A stretch of DNA of 64,000 bases from Coprobacillus sp. CAG:605 (GCA_000433255.1 HF998226.1:25383-89382); one strand, 5' to 3'. Positions 22,423-32,772 are shown, counted from the stretch's first letter. Numbers and translations: made by a program. Notes: a model not told the origin generated them from the sequence alone.

Positions 22423-24408
22423 ATGAAAAAAAGTGATTTAGGTCATGATAATATCAATAAACTTTTATTAGCATTCGCTATCCCTTGTGTAATCAGTATG
22501 TTAATTAACTCAGTTTATAATATTGTTGACCAAATATTTATTGGTAAAGGAGTAGGAACATTAGGTAATGCTGCCACTAATGTCATATTTCCTTTAGTTA
22601 TTATTTTTAACGCAGTTGCTGGTCTTATCGGTAATGGTGCGGCAGCAAATTTTTCTCTAAAATTAGGAGAAGGTAAGAATAAAGAAGGCGCTAGTATCAT
22701 AGGTGGTGCTACCACAATGTCATTCATAGTAGCAATCATCTTAAGTATCCTATCCTATATTTTCTTACCAAAACTAGTATACTTCTTTGGATGTACCGAT
22801 AGTGTCTATAACTACGCTATTGATTATGGTCGTATTATAATACTAGGTGCTCCCTTCATGATAATCTATTCTAGTTTATCGCAATTAATTAGAGCCGACG
22901 GAAATCCAGGTTATTCCATGGTTTTACTAGTCGTTGGTGCAATTATCAATATCGTTCTTGACCCAATATTCATCTTTACTTTTAATATGGGTGTTAAAGG
23001 TGGCGCTATCGCAACAGTTATCGGGCAAATCGTTTCATTCATTATGGCTATTTTATATCTAAAAAGAACTAAAAGTGTTAAACTAAATATCAAGGACTTT
23101 AAAATTGATAAAAATATTTTCCGTAGTTTAAGCCTTGGTCTTTCAAGTTTCATTACTCAAGCCACTGTCCTAGCGTTATTTGTTTTCATGAACAATATGA
23201 TGACTAAATTTGGCGCTGTTAGTAAATATGGTGCTGATATTCCATTATCTGTATATGGTGTTATCTCTAAAATCAACAGTCTTTATATTTCGACAATCTT
23301 AGGAATTTCTATTGGTTCCCAACCTATAATTGGTTTTAACTATGGTGCTGGAAACTACGAAAGAGTTAAAGAAACCTTAAGAAAAGTATTAATGATTAAC
23401 TTTATTGTTGGTTTAGTATTTAACTTAGTATTCTATTTCTTTCCAGAAAATATTGTTAGTATCTTTATTTCTAATACTGATGCTAATTATGAATTATTCA
23501 TGGAATTTGCGGTCGTAGTATGTCATACATTCTTACTTGTTATGGGTCTAAACTTTCTTGAAATGACTACTTCAATCGTAGTTCAATCTCTTGGTAATGT
23601 TAAAAAAGCTACTATGGTTTCTTTTATAAGACAAATTATTCTTTTCATCCCACTAGCGTGCATTCTAAGTATGACTTTTCATAAAGGTCTAACTGGTGTT
23701 TTAGAAGCTGGTCCAATTGCGGATACTATAACATTCGTTATTGCAATATTTGTCTTTGGCAGTGAATATAAGAAATTATCTAAAGCTACAGTCAAAGAAA
23801 GTACTAGCGAACAACCTAAACTTAAATCTAACTACCAAGGTCCAAAAGTAATTATTACTATTGCTCGTGAATATGGTAGTGGTGGTCGTTATGTAGGGGA
23901 AATCCTTGCTAAAAACTTAGGCTTAAACTTCTACGATAAAGAACTAATTACTCTTGCTAGTAAGAAATCGGGTTTATCTAAAGACTATATCTCTCAAAGC
24001 GACGAACAACTAAAAAGTGCTAAGTACCAAGATAACAACGACGATAGATTATTCATTGCGGAAGCTAAAGTAATCAAAGACTTAGCTAAAAACTCATGCG
24101 TTATTGTTGGCCGTTGTGCTGATTATATCTTAAAAGATAATAAAGATACTATCAAAGTATTCCTCTATAGTGATGAAGAATCTAAAATTAAAAGAGCCGT
24201 TAAATACTATGAATTAAATGAATCAGATGCTAAAAAAACTATTGATAAAATAAATAAAGAACGTGCTAAACATTATAAATATTATACTAATCGTAATTGG
24301 CAAGATTATACTAACTATGATTTAGTTTTAAATACTGATATCCTAGGTGTCAAAGGCTCTGCTAAATTAATTGAAGACTTTGTTAAAAATAAAAATAATA
24401 ATATCTAG
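22423..24408 (+). CDS. MATE-family efflux transporter fused to a C-terminal cytidylate-kinase-like (PF13189-type) domain
   Basis: About 450 aa of transmembrane region with MATE features. The remaining roughly 200 aa contain VIITIAREYGSGGRYVGEILAKNLGLNFYDKELI, which is typical of the cytidylate-kinase-like family. Confidence 0.75.
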   Translation: MKKSDLGHDNINKLLLAFAIPCVISMLINSVYNIVDQIFIGKGVGTLGNAATNVIFPLVIIFNAVAGLIGNGAAANFSLKLGEGKNKEGASIIGGATTMSFIVAIILSILSYIFLPKLVYFFGCTDSVYNYAIDYGRIIILGAPFMIIYSSLSQLIRADGNPGYSMVLLVVGAIINIVLDPIFIFTFNMGVKGGAIATVIGQIVSFIMAILYLKRTKSVKLNIKDFKIDKNIFRSLSLGLSSFITQATVLALFVFMNNMMTKFGAVSKYGADIPLSVYGVISKINSLYISTILGISIGSQPIIGFNYGAGNYERVKETLRKVLMINFIVGLVFNLVFYFFPENIVSIFISNTDANYELFMEFAVVVCHTFLLVMGLNFLEMTTSIVVQSLGNVKKATMVSFIRQIILFIPLACILSMTFHKGLTGVLEAGPIADTITFVIAIFVFGSEYKKLSKATVKESTSEQPKLKSNYQGPKVIITIAREYGSGGRYVGEILAKNLGLNFYDKELITLASKKSGLSKDYISQSDEQLKSAKYQDNNDDRLFIAEAKVIKDLAKNSCVIVGRCADYILKDNKDTIKVFLYSDEESKIKRAVKYYELNESDAKKTIDKINKERAKHYKYYTNRNWQDYTNYDLVLNTDILGVKGSAKLIEDFVKNKNNNI

Positions 24409-24658
24409 ATTTTCTAGGTATTTTTTTGAATTTCTACTTAAAGTCAGATAATAATACAAGAGGTTAAGAAAATATAACTAAAGAAAATAAAAAAAGTTTT
24501 TAGGTACTATTTAATGAAGAGAATACTGATAAAAAATTAACCAAAAAAGTAAGATTTACCAGAGATAGAAACGTTTCAAATTTTAATCCTGACGAGCATT
24601 AATTAAGGTGCTTTTTTCCTATGCTTGTGTTATAGTATAGTTAGAAAAGAGTGAGATT

Positions 24659-25063
24659 ATGAATGTAGTAGGAACAATGTTTTTTTCTAATGAAAAATTA
24701 TTAATTGATAAACCTAGAAAAAGACCAACATACCAAATGATAGGTGGTAAAGTAGAAAAAGGTGAAACTCCATTAGAGGCTGCTATTAGAGAATGTCATG
24801 AAGAACTAGGAAGCAAAGCTATTTTTAATGAGAAACTTTTAGAACTAGTTATGGAATTTGACGAAATTGCTACCAGCGACGGCGTAACACCAATTCATTT
24901 CTACGTATTTAGATACAACGGAACTTTACAAGGTAACTTAACAACCTCTCAAGAAATAGAAAAGTTCTTATGGTATAATACTTCAATATCAAAAGATATT
25001 TTATCAAACACTTTAAAGAATGAAGTTGTACCATATTGTTTAAAAAGAAATTTAATTAAATAG
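24659..25063 (+). CDS. NUDIX hydrolase
   Basis: Nudix box GGKVEKGETPLEAAIRECHEELG. Confidence 0.8.
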   Translation: MNVVGTMFFSNEKLLIDKPRKRPTYQMIGGKVEKGETPLEAAIRECHEELGSKAIFNEKLLELVMEFDEIATSDGVTPIHFYVFRYNGTLQGNLTTSQEIEKFLWYNTSISKDILSNTLKNEVVPYCLKRNLIK

Positions 25064-25076
25064 GAATATATATATT

Positions 25077-25862
25077 ATGAACCAAGAAAATATAGGAAAA
25101 CTTATAGCTAAACAACGTAAAAAGCTAAACATGACCCAAAGTGAGTTAGGTAAAAAGCTGGGAGTAACTGATAAATCGGTTTCTAAGTGGGAACGAGGAA
25201 TTAATGTACCTGATATTTCAATTATAGTACCTCTTTGTAATATTCTAAATATTAGTACTGACGAATTATTATCCGGAGTATGTGAAAATACCACAACACA
25301 AAACATAAATTCACTTAGTGACTTAATTAAATTTTATAGCAAAAAATCAAATCTAAAGCTTATAAAAATCTTTTGTGTTTTAATATTCATATTATTATTT
25401 TCTGGGCTTTTACTATTTTGGTATAGTAACTTTAATAAAATTAGAATTTACAAAATTCATACAGAAAATAATGATATTGAAGCTAAAGGATATCTAATTT
25501 ATAGTCCTGTTAAAAAAACAATTCTTTTAAATAACATTACATACAATGATATCTATACCGGCTCCGTAAAAGAAGTTCAATCAAACACTTATAGTTTAAA
25601 AATCATGTCTGGTGATAAAACAATTCTAGAGTTAGGTATGTATGATAGTGAAGAGACCATCACTATAAATGATTTTCTAAAACAAATATATATGGAAAAT
25701 ACTGAAATAATTGATAAAAAAGATGAAATGATAAAATTTGACGAGTTAAAAGATTTGAGATTAGAAATCAGATATAAAAATAAACAAGAAGAATTTAAGA
25801 CATTAGAAGCTCCATTGAAACTAGAAAATGACTTTGCTAGCAACAGATTATTTTATAACTAG
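25077..25862 (+). CDS. XRE-family helix-turn-helix regulator with one transmembrane helix and an extracytoplasmic domain
   Basis: N-terminal HTH_XRE (TQSELGKKLGVTDKSVSKWERG), a hydrophobic segment (LIKIFCVLIFILLFSGLLLFWY) and a C-terminal domain of about 150 aa. Confidence 0.75.
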   Translation: MNQENIGKLIAKQRKKLNMTQSELGKKLGVTDKSVSKWERGINVPDISIIVPLCNILNISTDELLSGVCENTTTQNINSLSDLIKFYSKKSNLKLIKIFCVLIFILLFSGLLLFWYSNFNKIRIYKIHTENNDIEAKGYLIYSPVKKTILLNNITYNDIYTGSVKEVQSNTYSLKIMSGDKTILELGMYDSEETITINDFLKQIYMENTEIIDKKDEMIKFDELKDLRLEIRYKNKQEEFKTLEAPLKLENDFASNRLFYN

Positions 25863-26003
25863 CGTAAAAAGCTACCTCTGTAAACTATGAGGTGGTATTT
25901 TTATTTTAAAAAATTTGTTAATCTTTAGTTAGAAAGGAGATTGATTTTAACTTTACAATAAGAAACAATAATTATACAATTATATTAGAAAGAAGGATAA
26001 CGT

Positions 26004-26798
26004 ATGAAAAAGAAAATAATATTAATTATAGGAATAATAATTCTAGCTATTTTATTACTAGGAGGTTATAAGTTCCTAACCAAAAAAGAAACTATAAAAA
26101 ACGAAGAACAAAGTATAAACATCAATGACAAATTAGTAACCAACTCCCTAAAAAAATTTGAAAGTATTGAAAGTCTAAATGATAAGGCCAAAGCTTTAGC
26201 TAACAAAATGTTTTATGAAGATAAAATTGTAACCAGTGCTACTTTTACTAATGAAGAAAAACTATTCTTAAGCTTACTTGCGTATTCTAACCAAGAAAAG
26301 AAACCCCTATATTATATTGAAGAGCCACTAGAGATACCTATTGATACTTTAAAGAACACTTTCTTCTATGAAGATAATTTTCTTGATAACTTCAAAGATC
26401 CTAATAAAAAATATACTATCTTAAATACACTTAACTATGAATATCAAGATAACAAAGTTAAAGTAATCGGAGATAACAAACTAAATGACATGGATAACCG
26501 CTTATTTGCGTATAACATTTTGAATGCTAAGAAAACAAACGATACTTTAGAAATTACTTTTAGACTAGCATACTTAGATTATCAATATAGTAATGACAAC
26601 ACTAAAGTCTTAATGTATAATTCTCTTAATGGTACTAACGAGATTAAAACTATTACTTTAAATCAAACTATAGAAAATGGTACAACTAAAGACGAATCAT
26701 TTGATGTTAAAAACATAGACGACCAATTTAATACTTATAAATATACTCTTAAACTTGTAAATGGTAATACTTACTTTGTTTCGTTAGAACGAATTTAG
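26004..26798 (+). CDS. Membrane-anchored hypothetical protein
   Basis: N-terminal transmembrane segment (KKIILIIGIIILAILLLGGY), a ribosome-binding site, and a terminator hairpin at 26812-26852. Confidence 0.55.
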   Translation: MKKKIILIIGIIILAILLLGGYKFLTKKETIKNEEQSININDKLVTNSLKKFESIESLNDKAKALANKMFYEDKIVTSATFTNEEKLFLSLLAYSNQEKKPLYYIEEPLEIPIDTLKNTFFYEDNFLDNFKDPNKKYTILNTLNYEYQDNKVKVIGDNKLNDMDNRLFAYNILNAKKTNDTLEITFRLAYLDYQYSNDNTKVLMYNSLNGTNEIKTITLNQTIENGTTKDESFDVKNIDDQFNTYKYTLKLVNGNTYFVSLERI

Positions 26799-26859
26799 AA
26801 AACTTTGAATAAAAACTAAAAATCTTTTCCATAAATAAAAGGAAAGGATTTTTTAATAC

Positions 26860-27636
26860 ATGGGAAAATACAAAGTAGAAATAACTGGCATCAATACCAG
26901 TGAATTAAAAGTACTAACACAAGAAGAAATGACTGAACTATTTAAAAAATATAAAGAAGGTGATAAACTAGCTAAAGACGAACTAGTAAACGGTAACCTC
27001 AAACTAGTTTTAAGCATCTTAAAAAGATTTAATAAAGAAAAATATAACTTAGATGACTTGTTTCAAATTGGTTGTGTCGGTCTAATCAAAGCCATTGATA
27101 ACTTTGATCTTGCATATAACTGCCTATTTTCAACCTATGCCGTTCCTTTAATTCTTGGTGAGATTAGACGTTATGTAAGAGATAACACATCCATAAGAGT
27201 AAGTCGTAGTATCAAAGATAATGCTTATCATGTTCTTAAATTTAAAGAAGAATATATTAATAAATATGGTATTGAACCAAGTAATGAAATAATTAGTAAA
27301 AGTCTAAATATGAGTGAATTAGAAATAGCCTCCTGTCTTGATGCCTTATGCGAACCTGTAAGTATTTTCGAACCAATCTATAATGATGGCGGTGATACTA
27401 TCTACTTATGCGACCAACTAGCAGACAAAAAAGAACTAAAACAAGATAAAGATGCCTTAATATCCCTAAGAAAAGGTCTTCAAGCTATAAAGAACCGAGA
27501 AAGAATAGTCCTAGAACAACGCTATATAATAGGTAAAACCCAAATGGAAATTGCCTCATCCCTAAATATCAGCCAAGCCCAAGTATCTAGAATAGAAAAA
27601 AATGCTATTCGTACTTTAAAAAGAATAATAAAATAG
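26860..27636 (+). CDS. sigG: Sporulation sigma factor SigG-like (sigma-70 family, group 3)
   Basis: Near-colinear identity to B. subtilis SigG in the blocks KVEI.G..TS.L.VL, LVNGNLKLVLS..RFN, DDLFQIGC.GL.K.IDNFDL, FSTYAVP.I.GEIRRY.RDN..IRVSRS, PVSIFEPIYNDGGD.IY, GKTQMEIA and ISQAQVSR.EK. Confidence 0.8.
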   Translation: MGKYKVEITGINTSELKVLTQEEMTELFKKYKEGDKLAKDELVNGNLKLVLSILKRFNKEKYNLDDLFQIGCVGLIKAIDNFDLAYNCLFSTYAVPLILGEIRRYVRDNTSIRVSRSIKDNAYHVLKFKEEYINKYGIEPSNEIISKSLNMSELEIASCLDALCEPVSIFEPIYNDGGDTIYLCDQLADKKELKQDKDALISLRKGLQAIKNRERIVLEQRYIIGKTQMEIASSLNISQAQVSRIEKNAIRTLKRIIK

Positions 27637-27658
27637 TTAGCGCCTGTCTAACTATTTT
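27634..27658. terminator. Bidirectional terminator between convergent genes
   Basis: Stem TAGTTAG / CTAACTA with loop CGCCTGT, flanked by an A-run and a T-run. Confidence 0.65.
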
Positions 27659-28053
27659 AACTTACTATTTATTTCTTTAGTATTTAGATAAATATTATAT
27701 AGAAGGAAAGCTGCTTCATACAAAATTCTAATAATAATATTACCTAATATTAATACCATAAAGAATAAAGCAATATCAACCTTTATAAGACTAAATGAAG
27801 TAATTGTTACATAAAGAGTAGTAGTAATATATGCAATCTTTAAGAACGCTTCAATAAAATTAATCTTAAAATGAAGAAAATCATATAGATTCTTAACAAA
27901 ACCAGTATACTTGCTTTCTTCTTTCTTATCCATAAATACGAAATAAATAACGATACTTGCTGCAATAGCAACAATAAATGCTATTAAACTACCTGAAGTA
28001 CTTGAACTACTAGAAGCACTTATTGCGTTAATACCATAATCATAATTACGCAT
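27652..28053 (-). CDS. Small integral membrane protein (hypothetical)
   Basis: Three or four hydrophobic helices. On the minus strand a GAAAGGA ribosome-binding site lies 9 nt upstream of the ATG. Confidence 0.55.
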   Translation of the reverse strand: MRNYDYGINAISASSSSSTSGSLIAFIVAIAASIVIYFVFMDKKEESKYTGFVKNLYDFLHFKINFIEAFLKIAYITTTLYVTITSFSLIKVDIALFFMVLILGNIIIRILYEAAFLLYNIYLNTKEINSKLK

Positions 28054-28136
28054 ATTATTAAATCCTTTCTAAATCTATTCTAACAAAATTTATTAGTAAA
28101 TACAATGTATTCATGCTATAATTTTGTTATAAATAG

Positions 28137-28346
28137 TTGGAGGTTATTATGAAAAAAATTTTAATGTATATTTTATCTTGCTTACTATCTTTTGTCATTA
28201 TGATTATATCTTTTGATATGTTAAGTTGGTATAATTCTTTTGATATTCCTACCAAAGTAGTTTTAGTTAGAATGATTATTTGTTTTACTATTCTAGAACT
28301 TATCTTTATCTTTCTTATCTCTTTATATAATAAGAAGAATAAATAG
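28137..28346 (+). CDS. Small membrane protein (69 aa)
   Basis: Two hydrophobic helices and a GGAGGT ribosome-binding site. Confidence 0.45.
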   Translation: MEVIMKKILMYILSCLLSFVIMIISFDMLSWYNSFDIPTKVVLVRMIICFTILELIFIFLISLYNKKNK

Positions 28347-28371
28347 AACTTTGTTAGTTGGAGGATTAATT

Positions 28372-28773
28372 ATGAAAAAGATTATTATCGGTATTTTGTG
28401 TATTCTTTGTTTATGTTCTTGTACTAATACGAAGGATAATAGTGATACCCCTTTAAATACGGAATACTTAGAGCAAGAAATAACCTTAAATCTAGATAAA
28501 ATTATGGAAGTTACCAATCCAACTTCTTCTAACCCCTATGATTATACACAAAATGAATATTATGATAATATTGTTAAACTAGGTGAAAGTGCTGTTCCGG
28601 TACTAGAAAGTATGTATAAAAATGATAAATTATCTGGCGTCAACGCCTATCTTTCTGCCTTGATAGTTCAAGATATAACTGGGTGTAACCTAAATGAAAG
28701 ATACAACCTAGATTGGTCTACCGCCGAAGAATTCTATAACTTATGGCAAGATAACAATTGTCAATTTAAATAA
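28372..28773 (+). CDS. Putative lipoprotein
   Basis: Signal peptide with a Cys-rich lipobox-like region (ILCLCSCTN) and a GGAGGA ribosome-binding site. The track start at 28351 is an upstream TTG. Confidence 0.5.
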   Translation: MKKIIIGILCILCLCSCTNTKDNSDTPLNTEYLEQEITLNLDKIMEVTNPTSSNPYDYTQNEYYDNIVKLGESAVPVLESMYKNDKLSGVNAYLSALIVQDITGCNLNERYNLDWSTAEEFYNLWQDNNCQFK

Positions 28774-28793
28774 AAAGTAGGGAAGTGTTATTA

Positions 28794-29378
28794 ATGATTA
28801 AAAATATTATTTTTGATGTTGGTGGTATTCTTTTTGATGATAGTAAAGAAAGTATTACCAAACTATTAGGTAAGGATAGTACAAATATCTATAAAGCCGC
28901 CTATGGCCAAGACTTTAAAAAATGCTTATTAGGACAAATCACAGTTCAAGAACACTTAAGTAATCTAAAAAACAACCCTGATTTTAATGATATTAAATTT
29001 ATTCTAACTAAAGAATATTTACCAAAATCATACCCTTTATTAGAAGAAAATTTTAACTATATCAAAGCCTTAAAAGATAAAGGATACAAACTATTTCTTC
29101 TAACTAATATCACTGAAGATAGTTATAATTACATCAACGAAACAATTAATATCAATTCTATCTTTACCGGTGGTATATATTCTTATCAAGAACATTTAAT
29201 TAAACCCAACCCTGAGATTTATGAATTAATAATTAAACGTTTTAACTTAAATAAAAATGAAACAATCTTCTTTGACGATAAAGAAAAGAACGTTAAAGCT
29301 GCTAAAGAGACTGGCCTAAAATCTATCGTCTTTACATCCCTTCAAGATATAAAAGACAATATAAATTCCAAGAATTAA
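28794..29378 (+). CDS. HAD-superfamily hydrolase (subfamily IA-like)
   Basis: HAD motif I (FDVGGILFDD) and the later FFDD motif (IFFDDKEKNVKAA) near the C-terminus. Confidence 0.7.
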   Translation: MIKNIIFDVGGILFDDSKESITKLLGKDSTNIYKAAYGQDFKKCLLGQITVQEHLSNLKNNPDFNDIKFILTKEYLPKSYPLLEENFNYIKALKDKGYKLFLLTNITEDSYNYINETININSIFTGGIYSYQEHLIKPNPEIYELIIKRFNLNKNETIFFDDKEKNVKAAKETGLKSIVFTSLQDIKDNINSKN

Positions 29379-29476
29379 TTTACTTAAAACCTTGATAGAT
29401 AATTCATAGTCAATTTTCTTATACAGATTTATTCAAAAAATACTTAATTTAACAATATACTTAAATAGGTGATTAT

Positions 29477-29701
29477 ATGCGGATTTCCGATTTACAACTT
29501 AAAGACATCGTTAATATTAACGATGGTAAAAAAATTGGCCGTATTATTGATGTTGAAATCAATACTGAAGGCTTAATCACTTATTTTGTCGTTGAAGAAA
29601 AACGTGGTCTATCTAACTTTTTAGGTAAAGAAACCGAAACTACCATAACTTTTAGTCAAATCAAAAAAATTGGTAGTGATGTTATCTTAGTAGATGTTTA
29701 A
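29477..29701 (+). CDS. ylmC: YlmC/YmxH-family PRC-barrel protein (sporulation-associated)
   Basis: Close match to the YlmC pattern (ISDLQ.KDIVNINDGKK.GRI.D..IN...G.I......E). Confidence 0.7.
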   Translation: MRISDLQLKDIVNINDGKKIGRIIDVEINTEGLITYFVVEEKRGLSNFLGKETETTITFSQIKKIGSDVILVDV

Positions 29702-29756
29702 AACTCATTTACTAAAATACATCCTAATGATATAATCTAGTTAGAATGAGGTTAAT

Positions 29757-31349
29757 ATGGAAGAATATAATAATGAAATTGTTAAGGAAAATCTAAATCA
29801 AAATAAGAAGAAATCTAATAAACTTACAATTATCTTAAGTTTTTTAATCGTCTTAGTTCTAACTGGAGCTAGTATTTATTTCTTTATCCTAAAAAAAGAT
29901 ACTACTCCAAGTACACCAGGTACAAGCGAGGTCAAAAAAGAAAACAAATATAGTCAATATCAACTAAAAGGTAACACTTTAGAAGACTTTGACTTATACT
30001 TCATGCAGTTAGAAAATAACAATAAAAATATGATATATAGTCCATTATCTATTAAATATGCTCTGGAACTTCTTAACGAAGGTGCAGAAGGGGATACCAA
30101 AGAACAAATTACTAATATTCTTGGTAGCTATACCAATAAAAAATATCAAAATAATCAAAACATGTCTTTTGCTAATGCCCTATTTGTTCGTAATGACTTT
30201 AAAGATAACATCAATCAAACTTACATCGATACATTAAATAATACTTATAATGCCCAAGTAGTTTATGACGACTTCAAAACACCTAAGAAAATTAATAACT
30301 GGGTTAGTAATAAAACTTATAATCTAATCAATAACTTATATGATAATATAAGTGACCAAGACTTTATCTTAGCTAATGCTCTAGGTATCGATATGGAGTG
30401 GGTCAAGAAAATTCAAGCTGATAATTATGAAGATAGGTATGCGGTATCTTTTGACCATGAAGATTTCAACATGTTTGTTGGCTCCCTAGACGATATGGAT
30501 TACACTGAACTTAAATTTGAGAATTTAGATTATAAAGCTAAAGCCACTAAGTTTGGCGCTGTCATTAATAAATATGATATCGTAAGTGAACTAGGGGAGG
30601 ATAATATCCGTAAAACCGTTAATCAGGCTTACCAAAAATGGCTTACAAGTGACGAATATTGTGGCGACGACTTTGATAATACCTTTGATATGGAAAAATA
30701 TATTGCTGAACTAAAAGATAACTATGAACATATCAGTAGTTCAACTGACTTTGAATTCTATACTGACGAGGACACCAAAGTATTTGCTAAAGACCTTAAA
30801 ACTTATAATGATACGACCTTACAATATATTGGTATTATGCCTACAACCAAGACTCTAAGTGACTACATTAAAAATACTAACGCTGAAAAACTTAATACCT
30901 TAATAGGTAACCTTAAATCAATTAAACTAGCTAACTTCAAAGATGGGGTTATTACAAGAATTACAGGCTATGTTCCTATGTTTAAATTCGATTACAAGTT
31001 AAACCTCGTTAAAGATCTAAATACTCTAGGTATTACTGATGTTTTTGATAAAGAAAAAGCTAATCTTTCTAAATTATCTTCTGCTGATGCTTACATTAAT
31101 GACGCCAGACATCAAGCTAACATTGAATTCTCTAACGAAGGTATTAAAGCTGCTGCTGCTACATCCATGGGTGGTGCCGGTTCCGTTGGCTGCTGGTTCG
31201 ATTACCGCTTTGATGTTCCCGTTGAAGAAATTGACTTAACCTTCGATAAACCTTATATGTTTATTATCCGTGATAAAAATAGTGGGGAAGTTTGGTTTAT
31301 GGGTAGTGTCTATGAACCAACTAAGTTTACTCCTAACCTAGGCGAATAG
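29757..31349 (+). CDS. Serpin (serine protease inhibitor) with an N-terminal membrane anchor
   Basis: Reactive-centre-loop hinge (EGIKAAAATSMGG) and the C-terminal serpin signature (FDKPYMFIIRD...GEVWFMGSVYEPT). The N-terminus carries the transmembrane segment LTIILSFLIVLVLTGASIYFFIL. Confidence 0.8.
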   Translation: MEEYNNEIVKENLNQNKKKSNKLTIILSFLIVLVLTGASIYFFILKKDTTPSTPGTSEVKKENKYSQYQLKGNTLEDFDLYFMQLENNNKNMIYSPLSIKYALELLNEGAEGDTKEQITNILGSYTNKKYQNNQNMSFANALFVRNDFKDNINQTYIDTLNNTYNAQVVYDDFKTPKKINNWVSNKTYNLINNLYDNISDQDFILANALGIDMEWVKKIQADNYEDRYAVSFDHEDFNMFVGSLDDMDYTELKFENLDYKAKATKFGAVINKYDIVSELGEDNIRKTVNQAYQKWLTSDEYCGDDFDNTFDMEKYIAELKDNYEHISSSTDFEFYTDEDTKVFAKDLKTYNDTTLQYIGIMPTTKTLSDYIKNTNAEKLNTLIGNLKSIKLANFKDGVITRITGYVPMFKFDYKLNLVKDLNTLGITDVFDKEKANLSKLSSADAYINDARHQANIEFSNEGIKAAAATSMGGAGSVGCWFDYRFDVPVEEIDLTFDKPYMFIIRDKNSGEVWFMGSVYEPTKFTPNLGE

Positions 31350-31433
31350 ACTCTTCGTTTGACAAAAAACACTATAGTATGATAGAATACTTTTGCAAAA
31401 TTGAAGTGTTTTTCTATTAGAAAGAAGAAATTT

Positions 31434-31907
31434 ATGAATTATTATATTTTAGTAATAAGTATCTTTAGTGTCTTAATTGACCAAGTAAGCAAAGGCTTAA
31501 TAAATAGTTATCTAGGACATCCTGGTTTTCTTAGATTAACTAAATATCTAAGTCTAGAAACAACTTACAATGATGGTGCCGCTTGGAACATCCTAAGTGG
31601 TAATCAAATATTCCTTATTACTATAAGTCTAATCATTTTAGTCATTGTCTATAGCATGATGTACCAGCTTAAAAAAACAAAAGTTACTAACTTTGCTTTT
31701 GGTATCTTAATTGGGGGAATATTTGGTAACCTAATTGATCGCATCTTCCAAGGAACTGTTACTGACTTCATAAGAATAGACTTACCATTTTATAATTTTC
31801 CTATCTTTAATATCGCTGATATCTGTATTGTCATTGGCGTATTTATCTTAATAATAGAAAGCATTAGAAAGGATATCAAAAATGATAGTCGAAGTAGAAA
31901 ACATTAG
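31434..31907 (+). CDS. lspA: Lipoprotein signal peptidase II
   Basis: The NDGAAWN and FNIADICI motifs. The track start at 31401 is TTG; the ATG at 31434 gives the typical protein length. Confidence 0.85.
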   Translation: MNYYILVISIFSVLIDQVSKGLINSYLGHPGFLRLTKYLSLETTYNDGAAWNILSGNQIFLITISLIILVIVYSMMYQLKKTKVTNFAFGILIGGIFGNLIDRIFQGTVTDFIRIDLPFYNFPIFNIADICIVIGVFILIIESIRKDIKNDSRSRKH

Positions 31908-32772
31908 AATTGATAAATACTTAAGCGATAATACCAAGTACTCAAGAACTACCATAAACCATATGTTAGATGAAGATTATATCTTAGTTAATAATAAACA
32001 TGTTAAACCAAGTTATCTTCTAAAATATGGTGATGTAATATCAATAAAAGAAGGATATATCAAAGAATTGTCTGTTGAACCTGAAAAAATGCCCTTAGAT
32101 ATTGTCTATGAAGATAACGATATCATGGTTATAAATAAACCAAGTGGTCTAGTGGTTCACCCAGGTTCTGGAAATTATTCTCATACATTAGTTAACGCTC
32201 TTATGTATTATACTAATAATTTGTCCCATAATAATGGTGAGATTAGACCTGGTATTGTTCACCGTATTGATAAAGATACATCTGGCCTTATCTTAATTGC
32301 CAAAACTAATGAGTCCCATGAAATACTAGCTGAAGAATTTAAAAAACATACCATTAAAAGAGAGTATTTAGCCTTGCTTACCGGCGTATTTCCCCATAAC
32401 TCTGCTACTATAGACGCTCCCATAGGTAGAGACACTACCGATAGAAAGAAAATGTGCGTTACGGCAACTAACTCTAAAAAAGCAATTACTAATCTAACTG
32501 TCTTAAAAAGATATCACGACTATACTTTAGTAAAACTAAAACTTGAAACTGGCCGTACCCATCAAATTAGAGTTCACATGAAATACATTGGTTACCCAAT
32601 CTATAACGATCCTGTATATACCAATAAGAAAGCCACTAAGTTTGGCCAATTCTTACATTCTTATACCATGAGCTTTAAACATCCAATAACTAAAAAAGAT
32701 ATGTACTTTGAAGCTCCTCTACCTGAAGAATTTCAAAAGTTTTTAGATAAACTAGACCAAGAAAATCTTTAA
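31882..32772 (+). CDS. rluD: RluA-family 23S rRNA pseudouridine synthase (RluD-like)
   Basis: N-terminal S4 domain and the catalytic HRIDKDTSGLILIAKT motif. lspA-rluD linkage matches Bacillus. Confidence 0.85.
   Translation: MIVEVENIRIDKYLSDNTKYSRTTINHMLDEDYILVNNKHVKPSYLLKYGDVISIKEGYIKELSVEPEKMPLDIVYEDNDIMVINKPSGLVVHPGSGNYSHTLVNALMYYTNNLSHNNGEIRPGIVHRIDKDTSGLILIAKTNESHEILAEEFKKHTIKREYLALLTGVFPHNSATIDAPIGRDTTDRKKMCVTATNSKKAITNLTVLKRYHDYTLVKLKLETGRTHQIRVHMKYIGYPIYNDPVYTNKKATKFGQFLHSYTMSFKHPITKKDMYFEAPLPEEFQKFLDKLDQENL

Noticed and set aside
24409-24658. 250-nt intergenic region upstream of the NUDIX gene, considered as a possible riboswitch or sRNA
   Set aside because: No recognisable riboswitch core such as a T-box specifier, SAM, FMN or TPP motif. 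Only a weak imperfect hairpin before a T-run.
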